DNA of 64,000 nucleotides from a virus (Duplodnaviria; Heunggongvirae; Uroviricota; Caudoviricetes): IMG/VR virus record IMGVR_UViG_3300037067_007156, positions 301,519 to 365,518 of that record; one strand, 5' to 3'. Shown piece by piece: positions 9,937 to 19,220 of this stretch (position 1 is its first letter; each line of letters starts with the position of its first letter). The notes under the pieces were generated by a model. It saw only the letters and a program-made list of their open reading frames with translations, ran no database searches and was not told where the DNA came from. The position numbers and the translations under genes were made by a program.

Positions 9937-10170
9937 TTAATATAAATAGTTTTCGTTTTTTCGTTTAAAATTAATAGTGAAATTTGGTATATCATTTTTT
10001 ATTAAATAATCGACTTTACCAATATCAATGTATGTTGTATCACCATCCCAACCAATGTGTTTAATCTTTGCAACATAAGCCCCGTTACTATTATATGCAA
10101 AATTAACATACACATCTTTATCTTGCATATTTGTTTTGATTAAAAAATCAATTATTTCCTGACCTTTCAT
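9937..10170 (-). CDS. hypothetical protein
   Basis: ORF in minus-strand operon. Confidence 0.6.
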   Translation of the reverse strand: MKGQEIIDFLIKTNMQDKDVYVNFAYNSNGAYVAKIKHIGWDGDTTYIDIGKVDYLIKNDIPNFTINFKRKNENYLY

Positions 10171-10175
10171 TATTT

Positions 10176-10445
10176 TTAATTAAAAATTTTCCATAACATT
10201 ACATACATTTCTGCTGTAAAATGTACTCTTTCTGGATATGTGCCAGTAATATACGAGATAGTGGTGGGTTTGATGATTAATGTGTCGTAACCGTCTGAAT
10301 ATTTTATTTCTGTGACATAAACATCATTCTTGAATTTTTTATGTTTGCTTGAAGATTTTAAAAATTTCTCAAAACCCAAATAATTTAATATTTGTACTAA
10401 TTTATCAACATCCAATTCAATAAAATTAACATCTAATGCTTCCAT
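10176..10445 (-). CDS. hypothetical protein
   Basis: ORF in minus-strand operon. Confidence 0.6.
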   Translation of the reverse strand: MEALDVNFIELDVDKLVQILNYLGFEKFLKSSSKHKKFKNDVYVTEIKYSDGYDTLIIKPTTISYITGTYPERVHFTAEMYVMLWKIFN

Positions 10446-10450
10446 ATAAT

Positions 10451-10729
10451 TTAATTATTTTTTGTTAAATCATCATATTGTTTTTTCTGAGCAGCGTCTA
10501 ATTCTTCTGGTTTAGCTGGAAAAAAATGTAAATATATAAAACTTATACCAACAAATATGAAAAAGGGAATATAATGCCATAATATTGGTGTTGACGCAAA
10601 TATTATTTCAAGAAAAATAGTTAACATTAATGAAGGAAAAATGATAGCTGATGCTCTTGGAATTGTACCATTACCGATTATATAATAACCAGCAAAATAT
10701 TTGATAATTAATTTTCTTAATTTTTTCAT
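10451..10729 (-). CDS. small membrane protein
   Basis: Two hydrophobic segments. Confidence 0.65.
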   Translation of the reverse strand: MKKLRKLIIKYFAGYYIIGNGTIPRASAIIFPSLMLTIFLEIIFASTPILWHYIPFFIFVGISFIYLHFFPAKPEELDAAQKKQYDDLTKNN

Positions 10730-10738
10730 AGTTTATTA

Positions 10739-11083
10739 TTATTTTTTAAATTCAGGAAATAATTCTTCCAATTTATTTTTTCTCTCGTCTCTTAATAACT
10801 CATTTTTTATTTGCATCCAATAATTTGAATCTGTTTCCAAATCAATGTAAAATGTTTTGTATCCTTTTTGGACAGCACTGAATAACATATTATATACAAA
10901 ATTACTTTCATTGTTTTTAAAATCGGGGAATAAATTTTCTAATTTAAGTCTTATATGTTCCTTTTTTAATTCATGTTTAACCTTTTCCCATAATTTATCA
11001 AAATTATATTCACCATTAATCAATGATGTTAAATATTCATCTTTTATGATGTTCTTTATGATATAATCAACATTCTCATTCAT
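10739..11083 (-). CDS. hypothetical protein with two copies of the KLE(N/E)LFP(D/E)FK tag
   Basis: IRLKLENLFPDFKNNE internally and ERKNKLEELFPEFKK at the end. Confidence 0.7.
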   Translation of the reverse strand: MNENVDYIIKNIIKDEYLTSLINGEYNFDKLWEKVKHELKKEHIRLKLENLFPDFKNNESNFVYNMLFSAVQKGYKTFYIDLETDSNYWMQIKNELLRDERKNKLEELFPEFKK

Positions 11084-11360
11084 TATCTTTAAATTCGGGA
11101 AATATTTCTTCTAATTTATTTTTTCGTTGTTCACGCATACGTTTACGTTTTTGTGCTTCATAATCAAATGGTGATTCCATAGGTTGAACTGGAACTAAAT
11201 CAAAACCAATAGTTTTAGCAGCAACTCTTATAGCTATTGGTAAAAATAGACCACCAAAATCTTTTGATTCTGTGTCACCTGAAAATGGTGGAAAGATATT
11301 ACCATCAATATTATTATCTGATATAATACCATTTGTGTTATATGTTGGTTGCCATATCAT
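11076..11360 (-). CDS. small protein with major-capsid-like segment plus C-terminal tag
   Basis: LPIAIRVAAKTIGFDLVPVQPM, then QRKNKLEEIFPEFK. Confidence 0.65.
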   Translation of the reverse strand: MIWQPTYNTNGIISDNNIDGNIFPPFSGDTESKDFGGLFLPIAIRVAAKTIGFDLVPVQPMESPFDYEAQKRKRMREQRKNKLEEIFPEFKDNE

Positions 11361-11505
11361 TTTTAAATTCGGGAAATAGTTCGTCTAATTTTTTTCTACG
11401 TTTCTCTGATATAGATTCATATTTAAAATCTATATAAAATAATTTTCCACTTGGTTTTCCTAATGGGTGAACTGTTACATCTTTAAGAGATAATAATACT
11501 GACAT
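11338..11505 (-). CDS. 55-aa protein with capsid-like segment plus C-terminal tag, not in ORF track
   Basis: MSVLLSLKDVTVHPLGKPSGKLFYIDFKYESISEKRRKKLDELFPEFKNDMATNI*. Confidence 0.65.
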   Translation of the reverse strand: MSVLLSLKDVTVHPLGKPSGKLFYIDFKYESISEKRRKKLDELFPEFKNDMATNI

Positions 11506-11683
11506 ATTTCTTATTCGAAATTTTTGAAAATACTTTTTAATTTTAAAAAACGTTCAAGAAGTATAATTATCTTGAATGTTTTTTCATCAGAACGATAAAA
11601 GTCTTTTAAATTATTTAAAATTTTACTGGTTCTGTTATTATATGTTTTTAAATCTTCTTCCAAAATATACAAACCTTTTAGGT

Positions 11684-11851
11684 TTATATATTTTTAAATA
11701 TATTCTCTATTTTAATTTTTCTATCTTTTCTCAATTGTTCAATTCGTTCTTTCTCTCTACTTAAATTTATTAAATTAATCCACTCTGACATCCAATTAGG
11801 AATACTATTATCAACTGGATTGAATTCTATTATTATTTTTTTCTCGGACAT
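11684..11851 (-). CDS. 55-aa protein with C-terminal tag, not in ORF track
   Basis: MSEKKIIIEFNP...QLRKDRKIKIENIFKNI*; TATTTTTG at 11855-11862 directly upstream. Confidence 0.65.
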   Translation of the reverse strand: MSEKKIIIEFNPVDNSIPNWMSEWINLINLSREKERIEQLRKDRKIKIENIFKNI

Positions 11852-11866
11852 ACACAAAAATATTAA

Positions 11867-12973
11867 TTATTTACCTTTTTTCCGTTTCTTTTTGAAATAT
11901 TTATTTTTAATATAATTAAACAATGGTATTAATAACGTCATGAATATCCAGTACCATCTTTTAACTGCATTGTCGATAAAAATATTAAATGGTTTACGAA
12001 AATCATTTTTAACACTAATTTTATTAGCATAAATTATTGTATCATTATAATCACCAAGTATTTTAAATGTGTAATTTAATATATTATTCTTATTTGGTTT
12101 GACAATCCATTTGTAACTAAATTTAGATTTGTTATCATTTATCACACACTCATCATTGGTTATGATGACAACATCACCATCAAAATCTAATATCACTTTA
12201 CCATACCCACCCCATTCAATACTTGGATTTTCGTTATTTACAGTTAATTCCAGTCGTATTATATTTTCTTCATATCTTTTTAACTTATCAGGAATAATAA
12301 CAGTCATTAGGTATTTATTTTTAGGTTTGTTAATAACTTTAATGGTTTTATCAAAAATTATTAAATCTTTACTGACACCAGAATTTTTTATTTTAGCTTT
12401 TAATATTAAATTATAATTCCCGATTTTGTTCGGTGTGATACTCCATAACCATAGGGTAGCTTCTTTATTATCTACCATCTGTTCGTTACTTGTTATATTA
12501 TTTATTGTGAATGCACCATTTTCCAAGGAAATTAATTCCATGCTCATTATTTCACCCACTTTTATAATTTCCTTTTTTATTACACCAATTGTTGTATGAG
12601 TTGTTAAAGAAATTAAATAATTTGTAACATTATCACTTACTTGCTTAATAATTCTGGCCTCAACTTTTGAAACTGTACCTATTATTAAAGAAGAATCAAT
12701 TTTATATACTAATGTACCTGTTTTATTTTTATTTGTTTCAGTAATGAAAGTGTCAGTTTCTTTCATTAATACGTTATCTTGTGATGTAGCACCCGCTTTC
12801 ACATCATATTTTTCATATGATTCAACAATTTTTCTATCAAAATTGTCTGTGACACAAACAGAATCTGAATTATTATAAGTATATGATGAACCAATATTAA
12901 ATGTTGTTAATTCTTTACTGCCACCACAGCTAACTACAATTAATATAATAAATAAAATTGATATTTTATACAT
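11867..12973 (-). CDS. putative lipoprotein with C-terminal transmembrane anchor
   Basis: Signal peptide with lipobox-like VVSC, repeated beta-rich domains, and a C-terminal WYWIFMTLLIPLF plus basic tail. Confidence 0.6.
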   Translation of the reverse strand: MYKISILFIILIVVSCGGSKELTTFNIGSSYTYNNSDSVCVTDNFDRKIVESYEKYDVKAGATSQDNVLMKETDTFITETNKNKTGTLVYKIDSSLIIGTVSKVEARIIKQVSDNVTNYLISLTTHTTIGVIKKEIIKVGEIMSMELISLENGAFTINNITSNEQMVDNKEATLWLWSITPNKIGNYNLILKAKIKNSGVSKDLIIFDKTIKVINKPKNKYLMTVIIPDKLKRYEENIIRLELTVNNENPSIEWGGYGKVILDFDGDVVIITNDECVINDNKSKFSYKWIVKPNKNNILNYTFKILGDYNDTIIYANKISVKNDFRKPFNIFIDNAVKRWYWIFMTLLIPLFNYIKNKYFKKKRKKGK

Positions 12974-12981
12974 AAGTTTAA

Positions 12982-13515
12982 TTACTTAAATTTTAGCAAT
13001 GTCACTTGCTTTTTTTCTTTTGTGCCAGTGGGTAAACTATATACTATTTCAGAAGGTTTTGCTACTATCAAACTATCATATTTTTTAATATATTTTACAC
13101 CTCTACCTTTTTTCATATATGATATAGTCATATGTGGATGATATTCGGGAAAAGTAGAAGTATTCGGGAGTAGTTTTAATGAATCGTTTAACATGTGTAA
13201 TATTTCATGATTAACATCAAATTTAAGTACATCATATTTTTCATTCTGAAACAAAGATGTTTCTTGAATTTTAATATAAAAACTATCTAAATTACCAATT
13301 ATATTTTTTATATCTTTTATTTCTACTTCTTTAGTATATCCATATAATAATGTAACGTGTGATTCTTTTTCAAGTCCATATCCAACTTCATTATAAATAT
13401 CATCTTTTTCTATTTCTTTTAGAATCTTATTCCAATTTGGAATATCAAAATTAATCATAACACAACCATAATCATATATAAACTGTTCATTTAAAACATC
13501 GGTAAATTTTTTCAT
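12982..13515 (-). CDS. 2H phosphoesterase (LigT / T4 57B Acb1-like)
   Basis: Two HxT motifs (SHVTLLYG and PHMTISY); N-terminus MKKFTDVLNE. Confidence 0.8.
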   Translation of the reverse strand: MKKFTDVLNEQFIYDYGCVMINFDIPNWNKILKEIEKDDIYNEVGYGLEKESHVTLLYGYTKEVEIKDIKNIIGNLDSFYIKIQETSLFQNEKYDVLKFDVNHEILHMLNDSLKLLPNTSTFPEYHPHMTISYMKKGRGVKYIKKYDSLIVAKPSEIVYSLPTGTKEKKQVTLLKFK

Positions 13516-13531
13516 TATTATATTTTTATTT

Positions 13532-13540
13532 TATATATTA
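13532..13540 (-). promoter_or_regulatory. late-like promoter motif TAATATATA
   Basis: Recurs about 15-30 nt upstream of the starts at 13515, 13943, 19167, 23137, 25135, 25296, 25934, 35383, 58463, 58540 and 59892. Confidence 0.5.
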
Positions 13541-13544
13541 ATTT

Positions 13545-13943
13545 TTAATATTTCCATATTGAAAGAGAACCTTTTACATTCAGTATTGGTTCTTTATATA
13601 TTTCTTGATTTGTTAATATCCAGTGCCATTGACCAGACTCGGCCCATATTGAATTACTATTTTGAATACAATCTATAAGTTCGACTTCACCTATAATCGC
13701 TGAATTTATTAGATTATTAAAATTAATATTTTTTATTTGTATTATTTCTATTTGTTCTGGTGTAAATATTTCAAATGAATTAAATTTTATAGGTATTTGT
13801 GAAGTATGAATTAATAATTTTCCTCTATAATTAGTTTTCCAACTTCTATTTTCTACATCCTTTAAACCACTTACAATTAAATATGCCCAAGGATTTTTTA
13901 CTGTTAATACATTTTGTGAATCAAAACTCTTGATATATTTCAT
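13545..13943 (-). CDS. ASCH domain protein
   Basis: LTVKNPWAYLIVSGLKDVENRSW..YRGKLLIH. Confidence 0.9.
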   Translation of the reverse strand: MKYIKSFDSQNVLTVKNPWAYLIVSGLKDVENRSWKTNYRGKLLIHTSQIPIKFNSFEIFTPEQIEIIQIKNINFNNLINSAIIGEVELIDCIQNSNSIWAESGQWHWILTNQEIYKEPILNVKGSLSIWKY

Positions 13944-14019
13944 AAAATATTGTTTTATAATTATATATTTAATGTAGTTGAAAGTTTTTTATTTGAAAAT
14001 AAAATTATAATTTTGTTCT

Positions 14020-14472
14020 ATGATAATAGAAGAAAAAATATCTAATAATCATAAAATAAGGCATATAATATATGATGATGAACCTAACAATCCAAAGGTT
14101 TATTCATCATTATTGTTATTAAATGACTATTACAAAAACCACGATATAGATTTCTATGAGTCTGATTGGAGATATTATTTCATAACCAGACGAACTTATT
14201 TGAGAAGAAAAAGAAAAGAACATGGTGGTTACTGGGTTTGTCATTATTGTGGTAGAAAAATATATAAGATACAAGAGCGAAATAAAAGGTGGCAGAAAAA
14301 TAGGAATGACCTTATAACAGTTGACCATATAATACCCAAAGAAGACTGTGATGATATTACTGATAGTAATAATTTCATCGAATGTTGTTATAAATGTAAT
14401 GTTAAAAAAGGTAATAAATCATATTATGAATTCATTAATAATTTAAAAACAAACCATGAAAAAGTTAAGTAA
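14020..14472 (+). CDS. HNH endonuclease
   Basis: CHYCG...TVDHIIPK...NFIECCYKCNVKKG. Confidence 0.88.
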   Translation: MIIEEKISNNHKIRHIIYDDEPNNPKVYSSLLLLNDYYKNHDIDFYESDWRYYFITRRTYLRRKRKEHGGYWVCHYCGRKIYKIQERNKRWQKNRNDLITVDHIIPKEDCDDITDSNNFIECCYKCNVKKGNKSYYEFINNLKTNHEKVK

Positions 14473-14833
14473 TTACGGTATATTAGCTGGTGTAATATCT
14501 GGTGTTATGATGTTTGTTATAATGATATCATTATCATCTGAAATTTCCACCAAAAGATGTAAAAAATATATCATAAAACACGCATCTTATATAGTTAAAG
14601 ATAAACATGGTTATAGTATAGATACATGTATTGGGTTACCTTATTATACTGATATTTCTATATGCATGTACTCAGATAGTTCCTATAATGTTGTATTTTG
14701 GGGTAATAGAGAATCATTTCTTTGGGATTTTCGATTAGATAAGTCGTTTACCGTAGATATTCCTTATGAAAAATATAAAAAACATAATGTTGAATTGGAC
14801 AAGCAAATATTATTTATACTTAAATCTAAATAA
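14456..14833 (+). CDS. membrane-anchored hypothetical protein
   Basis: N-terminal transmembrane helix. Confidence 0.6.
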   Translation: MKKLSNYGILAGVISGVMMFVIMISLSSEISTKRCKKYIIKHASYIVKDKHGYSIDTCIGLPYYTDISICMYSDSSYNVVFWGNRESFLWDFRLDKSFTVDIPYEKYKKHNVELDKQILFILKSK

Positions 14834-14834
14834 G

Positions 14835-15026
14835 ATGTCACTTTTATTATGGTTAATGAGATTTGTAATGGGTTGGTTATTATGGTTAATAATACTAATT
14901 ATTAGCTTATTTTATTCCATTATATTTTGGAATTGGAAAGAAAACTTACCATTAGATATGGAAATTGTTATCAAAGAGATTGCTGGTAAAACAATCTGGA
15001 ACGCTATGACTTTTACAGTTGAATAA
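14835..15026 (+). CDS. small membrane protein
   Basis: Probable start MSLLLWLMR; long hydrophobic stretch. Confidence 0.5.
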   Translation: MSLLLWLMRFVMGWLLWLIILIISLFYSIIFWNWKENLPLDMEIVIKEIAGKTIWNAMTFTVE

Positions 15027-15028
15027 TA

Positions 15029-15505
15029 TTATCCGATTTCACTGTCAGGTTTAGTTGTAGTTGATGAAACTTCAGTATCTGATGTAGAGTCCGTAGTTGT
15101 TGGTGTGTTATTTGTTGAATTATCACCATTCGGCATGTATGCTTTTCCTAATATGTAAGCTGATACGAAAGGAGTTAAAGCACCAAAATATGCCGAAAGA
15201 TTTATAAAATCAGCGTTTGTTAATAAACCAGTAACACCTAATACTGTCCATAAAAAAACAGTTACATAAATCATTTTTTCTCTTGAAGATGTTCTTCCTT
15301 TGAAGAATATTGAAGTTGATGTAGATTTTCTAACACTTTCACCCCAGATATAAGCTGAGACAAATCCGGTTAGAGATAAAAAATATACAGCCATTTGAGC
15401 ATAGGTAACAGGATAAAATGCAGTTGCTACACCAAACACTATCCATAAAAAAACTGTTATATAAATCAGTATTTCTCTTTTTTCAGTCGATAAATCTAAT
15501 GCCAT
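15029..15505 (-). CDS. four-TM membrane protein made of two tandem repeats, holin-like candidate
   Basis: REILIYITVFLW..FVSAYIWG and REKMIYVTVFLW..FVSAYILG; S/T-rich tail; probable start MALDL. Confidence 0.6.
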   Translation of the reverse strand: MALDLSTEKREILIYITVFLWIVFGVATAFYPVTYAQMAVYFLSLTGFVSAYIWGESVRKSTSTSIFFKGRTSSREKMIYVTVFLWTVLGVTGLLTNADFINLSAYFGALTPFVSAYILGKAYMPNGDNSTNNTPTTTDSTSDTEVSSTTTKPDSEIG

Positions 15506-15629
15506 CTTCGTTAAATATTTTTTTAATTTTTGTTTTCCTAACCAATTGGTCATTTTCAAAAATTGATTCGATTTTTCTTATTAATATTTTTCTATGTTCT
15601 TCAGTAATATTTATAAGTGCATCGGTCAT
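15483..15629 (-). CDS. 48-aa protein with C-terminal tag, not in ORF track
   Basis: MTDALINITEEHRKILIRKIESIFENDQLVRKTKIKKIFNEDGIRFID*. Confidence 0.6.
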   Translation of the reverse strand: MTDALINITEEHRKILIRKIESIFENDQLVRKTKIKKIFNEDGIRFID

Positions 15630-15658
15630 ATATCTATATATTAATTTTTAAAATATTT

Positions 15659-17200
15659 TTATTTTTTCATCGATGCTTTTATTACTCCAGAATTATATAT
15701 TTTATATTTTTTCTTATTTTTTAAGAATAAATATTTTTCATCATTTTTATTAAAAATTAAATTTGATTTCATTATATTATTAGATATATAATATTTGGGT
15801 TTCAATTTAATGAATTTTATAAAATTCATTTGTTTAAAATCATCAACATTTTGATAATCTAAATTAATATGAGTTATAACATTACATGGTGAATTATTTT
15901 CAATAAAATATTTAATCATAACATTTTGAATTTCAAAAGTGTGATTAGTATAATTTTTATTAAATATGAACAATTCGTAAGTATTTAATTTCAATTTTTT
16001 AAAAACTAAGACAAGTGTTAGTTTATCATTATTTGTTAAACCGAGATTAATATCTGATTTTATATTTTCTTTAAAGTTATTTTCTTTTAAAAAGTTATTC
16101 GTAGTTTTTTCATCAATTTCTGTTATATCACCATTAACGATGATATTTTTTTCTAAATTTAATAAATTTAATATAAAAGATTTGATTACACCATTTTTAT
16201 ATTTCCAATCATCTTCGTAAATAAAATATATGTCTATTCCATGTTTTTTAAAAAACTCTTTTTTATTTTTATGATAATCATTGGATTTATTTATATTATT
16301 ATGCCACCATAATCCATTAATTTCTATTCCAATTTTTAAGGATGGTATATATACATCTATTTCTTTATTTTCAATTCTATAATTATTTATAATATTTATA
16401 TGCTCTTTAATGAAATCACAAATATTAACTTCTAATCCCGATTTAAGATTATAATACAAACTATTACATTTTGTACATAGTATTGTTTTACATTCTATTC
16501 TTCGATTTAATGTGTCTGGGTGTATGTCAAAACTGTGGTTTTTATCATTATCACATTTAATATTATATATGATTTTATTATTCTTTTTATAAATTTCGTT
16601 AATATCTATATTATATTTTTCCTTATAATGTGATATTGTTAAATCTTGTTGAGGTTTACTACCTCTATAATAAACAACATTGTTATAAAAATATTCAGAC
16701 TCAACAAAATTTTCATTACCATATTTTTCTAAATTTGTCTTTTTCTTTTTTTCTTGGAACTCTAAAACCTGTGAAGGGTTAGATACACCATATTTTTTTA
16801 TAAAATTTGTCTTTAATTCTATTCTTTCATTTTCACATTTAAAAATACAATCCACTCCATATTTTTCAGTTAATGATTTTTTTATCTGGTCATAGTTATT
16901 ATAATTTTCATCACCATATTTTTCTAATTTTGTTTTTTTATTTTTATCCTGCGCACATTTAGTTGAACATGTATAGTAATTATATTTTTTAATAGAATCA
17001 TTATAATATCTATATTGAATTTTTTTAATATTTCCACAAACATCACATTTTACATTAACTTCAATGTGTGATTTTCCACTTAAAAAAAGTATTGGTACGT
17101 CAACATTGTCATTGATTTTAACGTCATATCCATTTTTTCTCAAAAATAATATATTTTTTGAGTGGACTCTAACAGTAACACTTTTATCAATTAACATCAA
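15659..17200 (-). CDS. Hef-like / PD-(D/E)xK homing endonuclease with zinc finger and KYG repeats
   Basis: CDVCG, repeated (E)KYG units, EIDVYIP..IGIEINGLWWH. Confidence 0.7.
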   Translation of the reverse strand: MMLIDKSVTVRVHSKNILFLRKNGYDVKINDNVDVPILFLSGKSHIEVNVKCDVCGNIKKIQYRYYNDSIKKYNYYTCSTKCAQDKNKKTKLEKYGDENYNNYDQIKKSLTEKYGVDCIFKCENERIELKTNFIKKYGVSNPSQVLEFQEKKKKTNLEKYGNENFVESEYFYNNVVYYRGSKPQQDLTISHYKEKYNIDINEIYKKNNKIIYNIKCDNDKNHSFDIHPDTLNRRIECKTILCTKCNSLYYNLKSGLEVNICDFIKEHINIINNYRIENKEIDVYIPSLKIGIEINGLWWHNNINKSNDYHKNKKEFFKKHGIDIYFIYEDDWKYKNGVIKSFILNLLNLEKNIIVNGDITEIDEKTTNNFLKENNFKENIKSDINLGLTNNDKLTLVLVFKKLKLNTYELFIFNKNYTNHTFEIQNVMIKYFIENNSPCNVITHINLDYQNVDDFKQMNFIKFIKLKPKYYISNNIMKSNLIFNKNDEKYLFLKNKKKYKIYNSGVIKASMKK

Positions 17201-17772
17201 TTAATATTTTTTGTTTCAGCACTATAAATATATTTATGGTTTAATAATGCCTTTATTCCCATTGATTTACAAGCTATAAAAATATCTTTAAGGCATTCAA
17301 AATCCGCCCCTCCGGCCATTATAACATTTTTACCTTTTAATGAATTAAATAATTTTAATAATTCATCATTAATAAAAAACCAATCATGGTTATTTTTAAC
17401 CCTGACAAATATATCATCAGAATCAATTTGTATTTGTTCACCTTCGATACTTCCATTTTTTAATTTTTCCAATTTTCCTTGTATATCTTTTTCTAAGAAT
17501 TTTTTCCCGAATTTTTTATTGATAGATAATTTTTGATTTGGAAACTTAAAAGTGGGAGCAGTAGTATTATGTGAATCCCATATTTGATACACATCTTTAA
17601 ATTCTTTACAATATTCAAATAATTCTTTTACCATATTGTCTGGTATATAATCACCGAATTCTTTTTGAACATCGACTATAAGTAATATACCATCATGTTT
17701 TTTTAACCCCAAATCTTCATTAATAAAACTTTTAAATGTCTGAACTTTGTGTAATCTTCCCATTTTCAACAA
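17197..17772 (-). CDS. isochorismatase/nicotinamidase-like cysteine hydrolase
   Basis: LLIVDVQKEF, WDSH, GGADFECL; N-terminal TFKSFINE. Confidence 0.6.
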   Translation of the reverse strand: MLKMGRLHKVQTFKSFINEDLGLKKHDGILLIVDVQKEFGDYIPDNMVKELFEYCKEFKDVYQIWDSHNTTAPTFKFPNQKLSINKKFGKKFLEKDIQGKLEKLKNGSIEGEQIQIDSDDIFVRVKNNHDWFFINDELLKLFNSLKGKNVIMAGGADFECLKDIFIACKSMGIKALLNHKYIYSAETKNIN

Positions 17773-18400
17773 TATGGATTTTTTTGTAGTCTAACTCACC
17801 TCGAACTATACATTCGTGTTCAGAGCCAGCTTCATTGTATATATAAATATCATTTAATAAAATTTCTGTTTCTATTATGAAACCATTTTGTTTAGATTCA
17901 TCTTTAAATTCGCCCCAAGCAAAACCAATTTGTGTAAATTTAAAAGCTAAATCAATATCTAATGTAAATGATTTAAATTTATTTGGTAGTAAATATTCAA
18001 GATTCTCGTAACGTAATTTAGATACACCTCGGAATATTTTCACTGGTTTATTTTTTATAAAGTCTATCGGATTGTCTATATTAATATTATATTTTCTTTT
18101 TAAGAATTGTGTAATATTATACCAGTTTATTGCATACATATAAATGTTTTCACTGAACGTGATTCGTTGTGGGATTTTGTTATGGTTATGCGTTTCAACA
18201 AATAACTTGTTATAAGCATTTTCGATTTCATTCTTATTTAATAAAGTGTTCGACCATTTCTTAAGAAAAATCCAGAAAGGTTGAAAGTTAGAATCTATTG
18301 ATAATTTTTTTAAAATAGTATTATAATCTTCCCAAAATTCAGGATTGTTCAGTTTAAAATCTAAAGATTCATTTAAGAAATTATAATATTTTAAAATCAT
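17732..18400 (-). CDS. putative ADP-ribosyltransferase-fold protein
   Basis: R-S-E motif order IFRG...KSFT...GSEHECIV; N-terminus MILKYYNFLNES. Confidence 0.55.
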   Translation of the reverse strand: MILKYYNFLNESLDFKLNNPEFWEDYNTILKKLSIDSNFQPFWIFLKKWSNTLLNKNEIENAYNKLFVETHNHNKIPQRITFSENIYMYAINWYNITQFLKRKYNINIDNPIDFIKNKPVKIFRGVSKLRYENLEYLLPNKFKSFTLDIDLAFKFTQIGFAWGEFKDESKQNGFIIETEILLNDIYIYNEAGSEHECIVRGELDYKKIHIVENGKITQSSDI

Positions 18401-18411
18401 TTTAAATGTAA

Positions 18412-19167
18412 TTATTTAGACATATAGAACCAAGTAACCTTGGATTCTTTTTTTATTTGTTCCTGTATTGCAGTAATTCTTGTATCAGCATCAGAAATAA
18501 TATCTGAAGCATTATATTGAAAAGAACCTGGCATGTTGAAGGAATACCTACCTAATAATTGACCCATTCTTTTCTGTGATGACGCTATTACATAATCTTT
18601 GAATAGTTGATTATCAAACAAAGATTCTTGTTCTATTCTAACCCACACTTCTAACATTAAATCGTTTCTAAGGTCATCTAATATGGTTAATCTCTTATTA
18701 ATATGGTTATAATGGAATTTAGTAAAGTTTCTTGCCAATTTATTTACTTCATCAGAAAACGCACTTAATATTTGACGATATGTAGCAAGCTCACCCACAT
18801 TAGTTACAAATGATGTTAAAAATGGTTGATTAGTAACACCAAAATTTATTGATAAATTCGGTGCTTGAATACCAATTCTAAAAAGAGATGGGTCATCAAT
18901 ATTCATAATACGAACAAGTCCTTCGACTTCTTCTGGGAGTTGTATAAACTGTTCACCTGTGCACTGTAATTGTGTTAAACAACTTCTATTTAATTTGTAA
19001 TATGTTTTTAATAAAGCAAATTGATAATTTTTATAAAAATATTCTAAACAGTGTTCTTTTATTAGACGTTTCACTTCTTTGTCTGGAATAACTTTTGGTA
19101 ATGTTCCAGAAAATGTTAAATCAGCTTGAACTATATCTATTAATTGTTCCAGTGGTATTCTTGCCAT
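18412..19167 (-). CDS. neck / head-tail adaptor protein (T4 gp13-like)
   Basis: C-terminal MGQLLGRYSFNMPGSFQYNASDIISDA resembles the gp13 LPGG region; late-like promoter upstream. Confidence 0.6.
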   Translation of the reverse strand: MARIPLEQLIDIVQADLTFSGTLPKVIPDKEVKRLIKEHCLEYFYKNYQFALLKTYYKLNRSCLTQLQCTGEQFIQLPEEVEGLVRIMNIDDPSLFRIGIQAPNLSINFGVTNQPFLTSFVTNVGELATYRQILSAFSDEVNKLARNFTKFHYNHINKRLTILDDLRNDLMLEVWVRIEQESLFDNQLFKDYVIASSQKRMGQLLGRYSFNMPGSFQYNASDIISDADTRITAIQEQIKKESKVTWFYMSK

Positions 19168-19220
19168 ATATAAACTTTTTTATTTTATACTACTATATAT
19201 TAAAAAATAAAATGTTTTAA

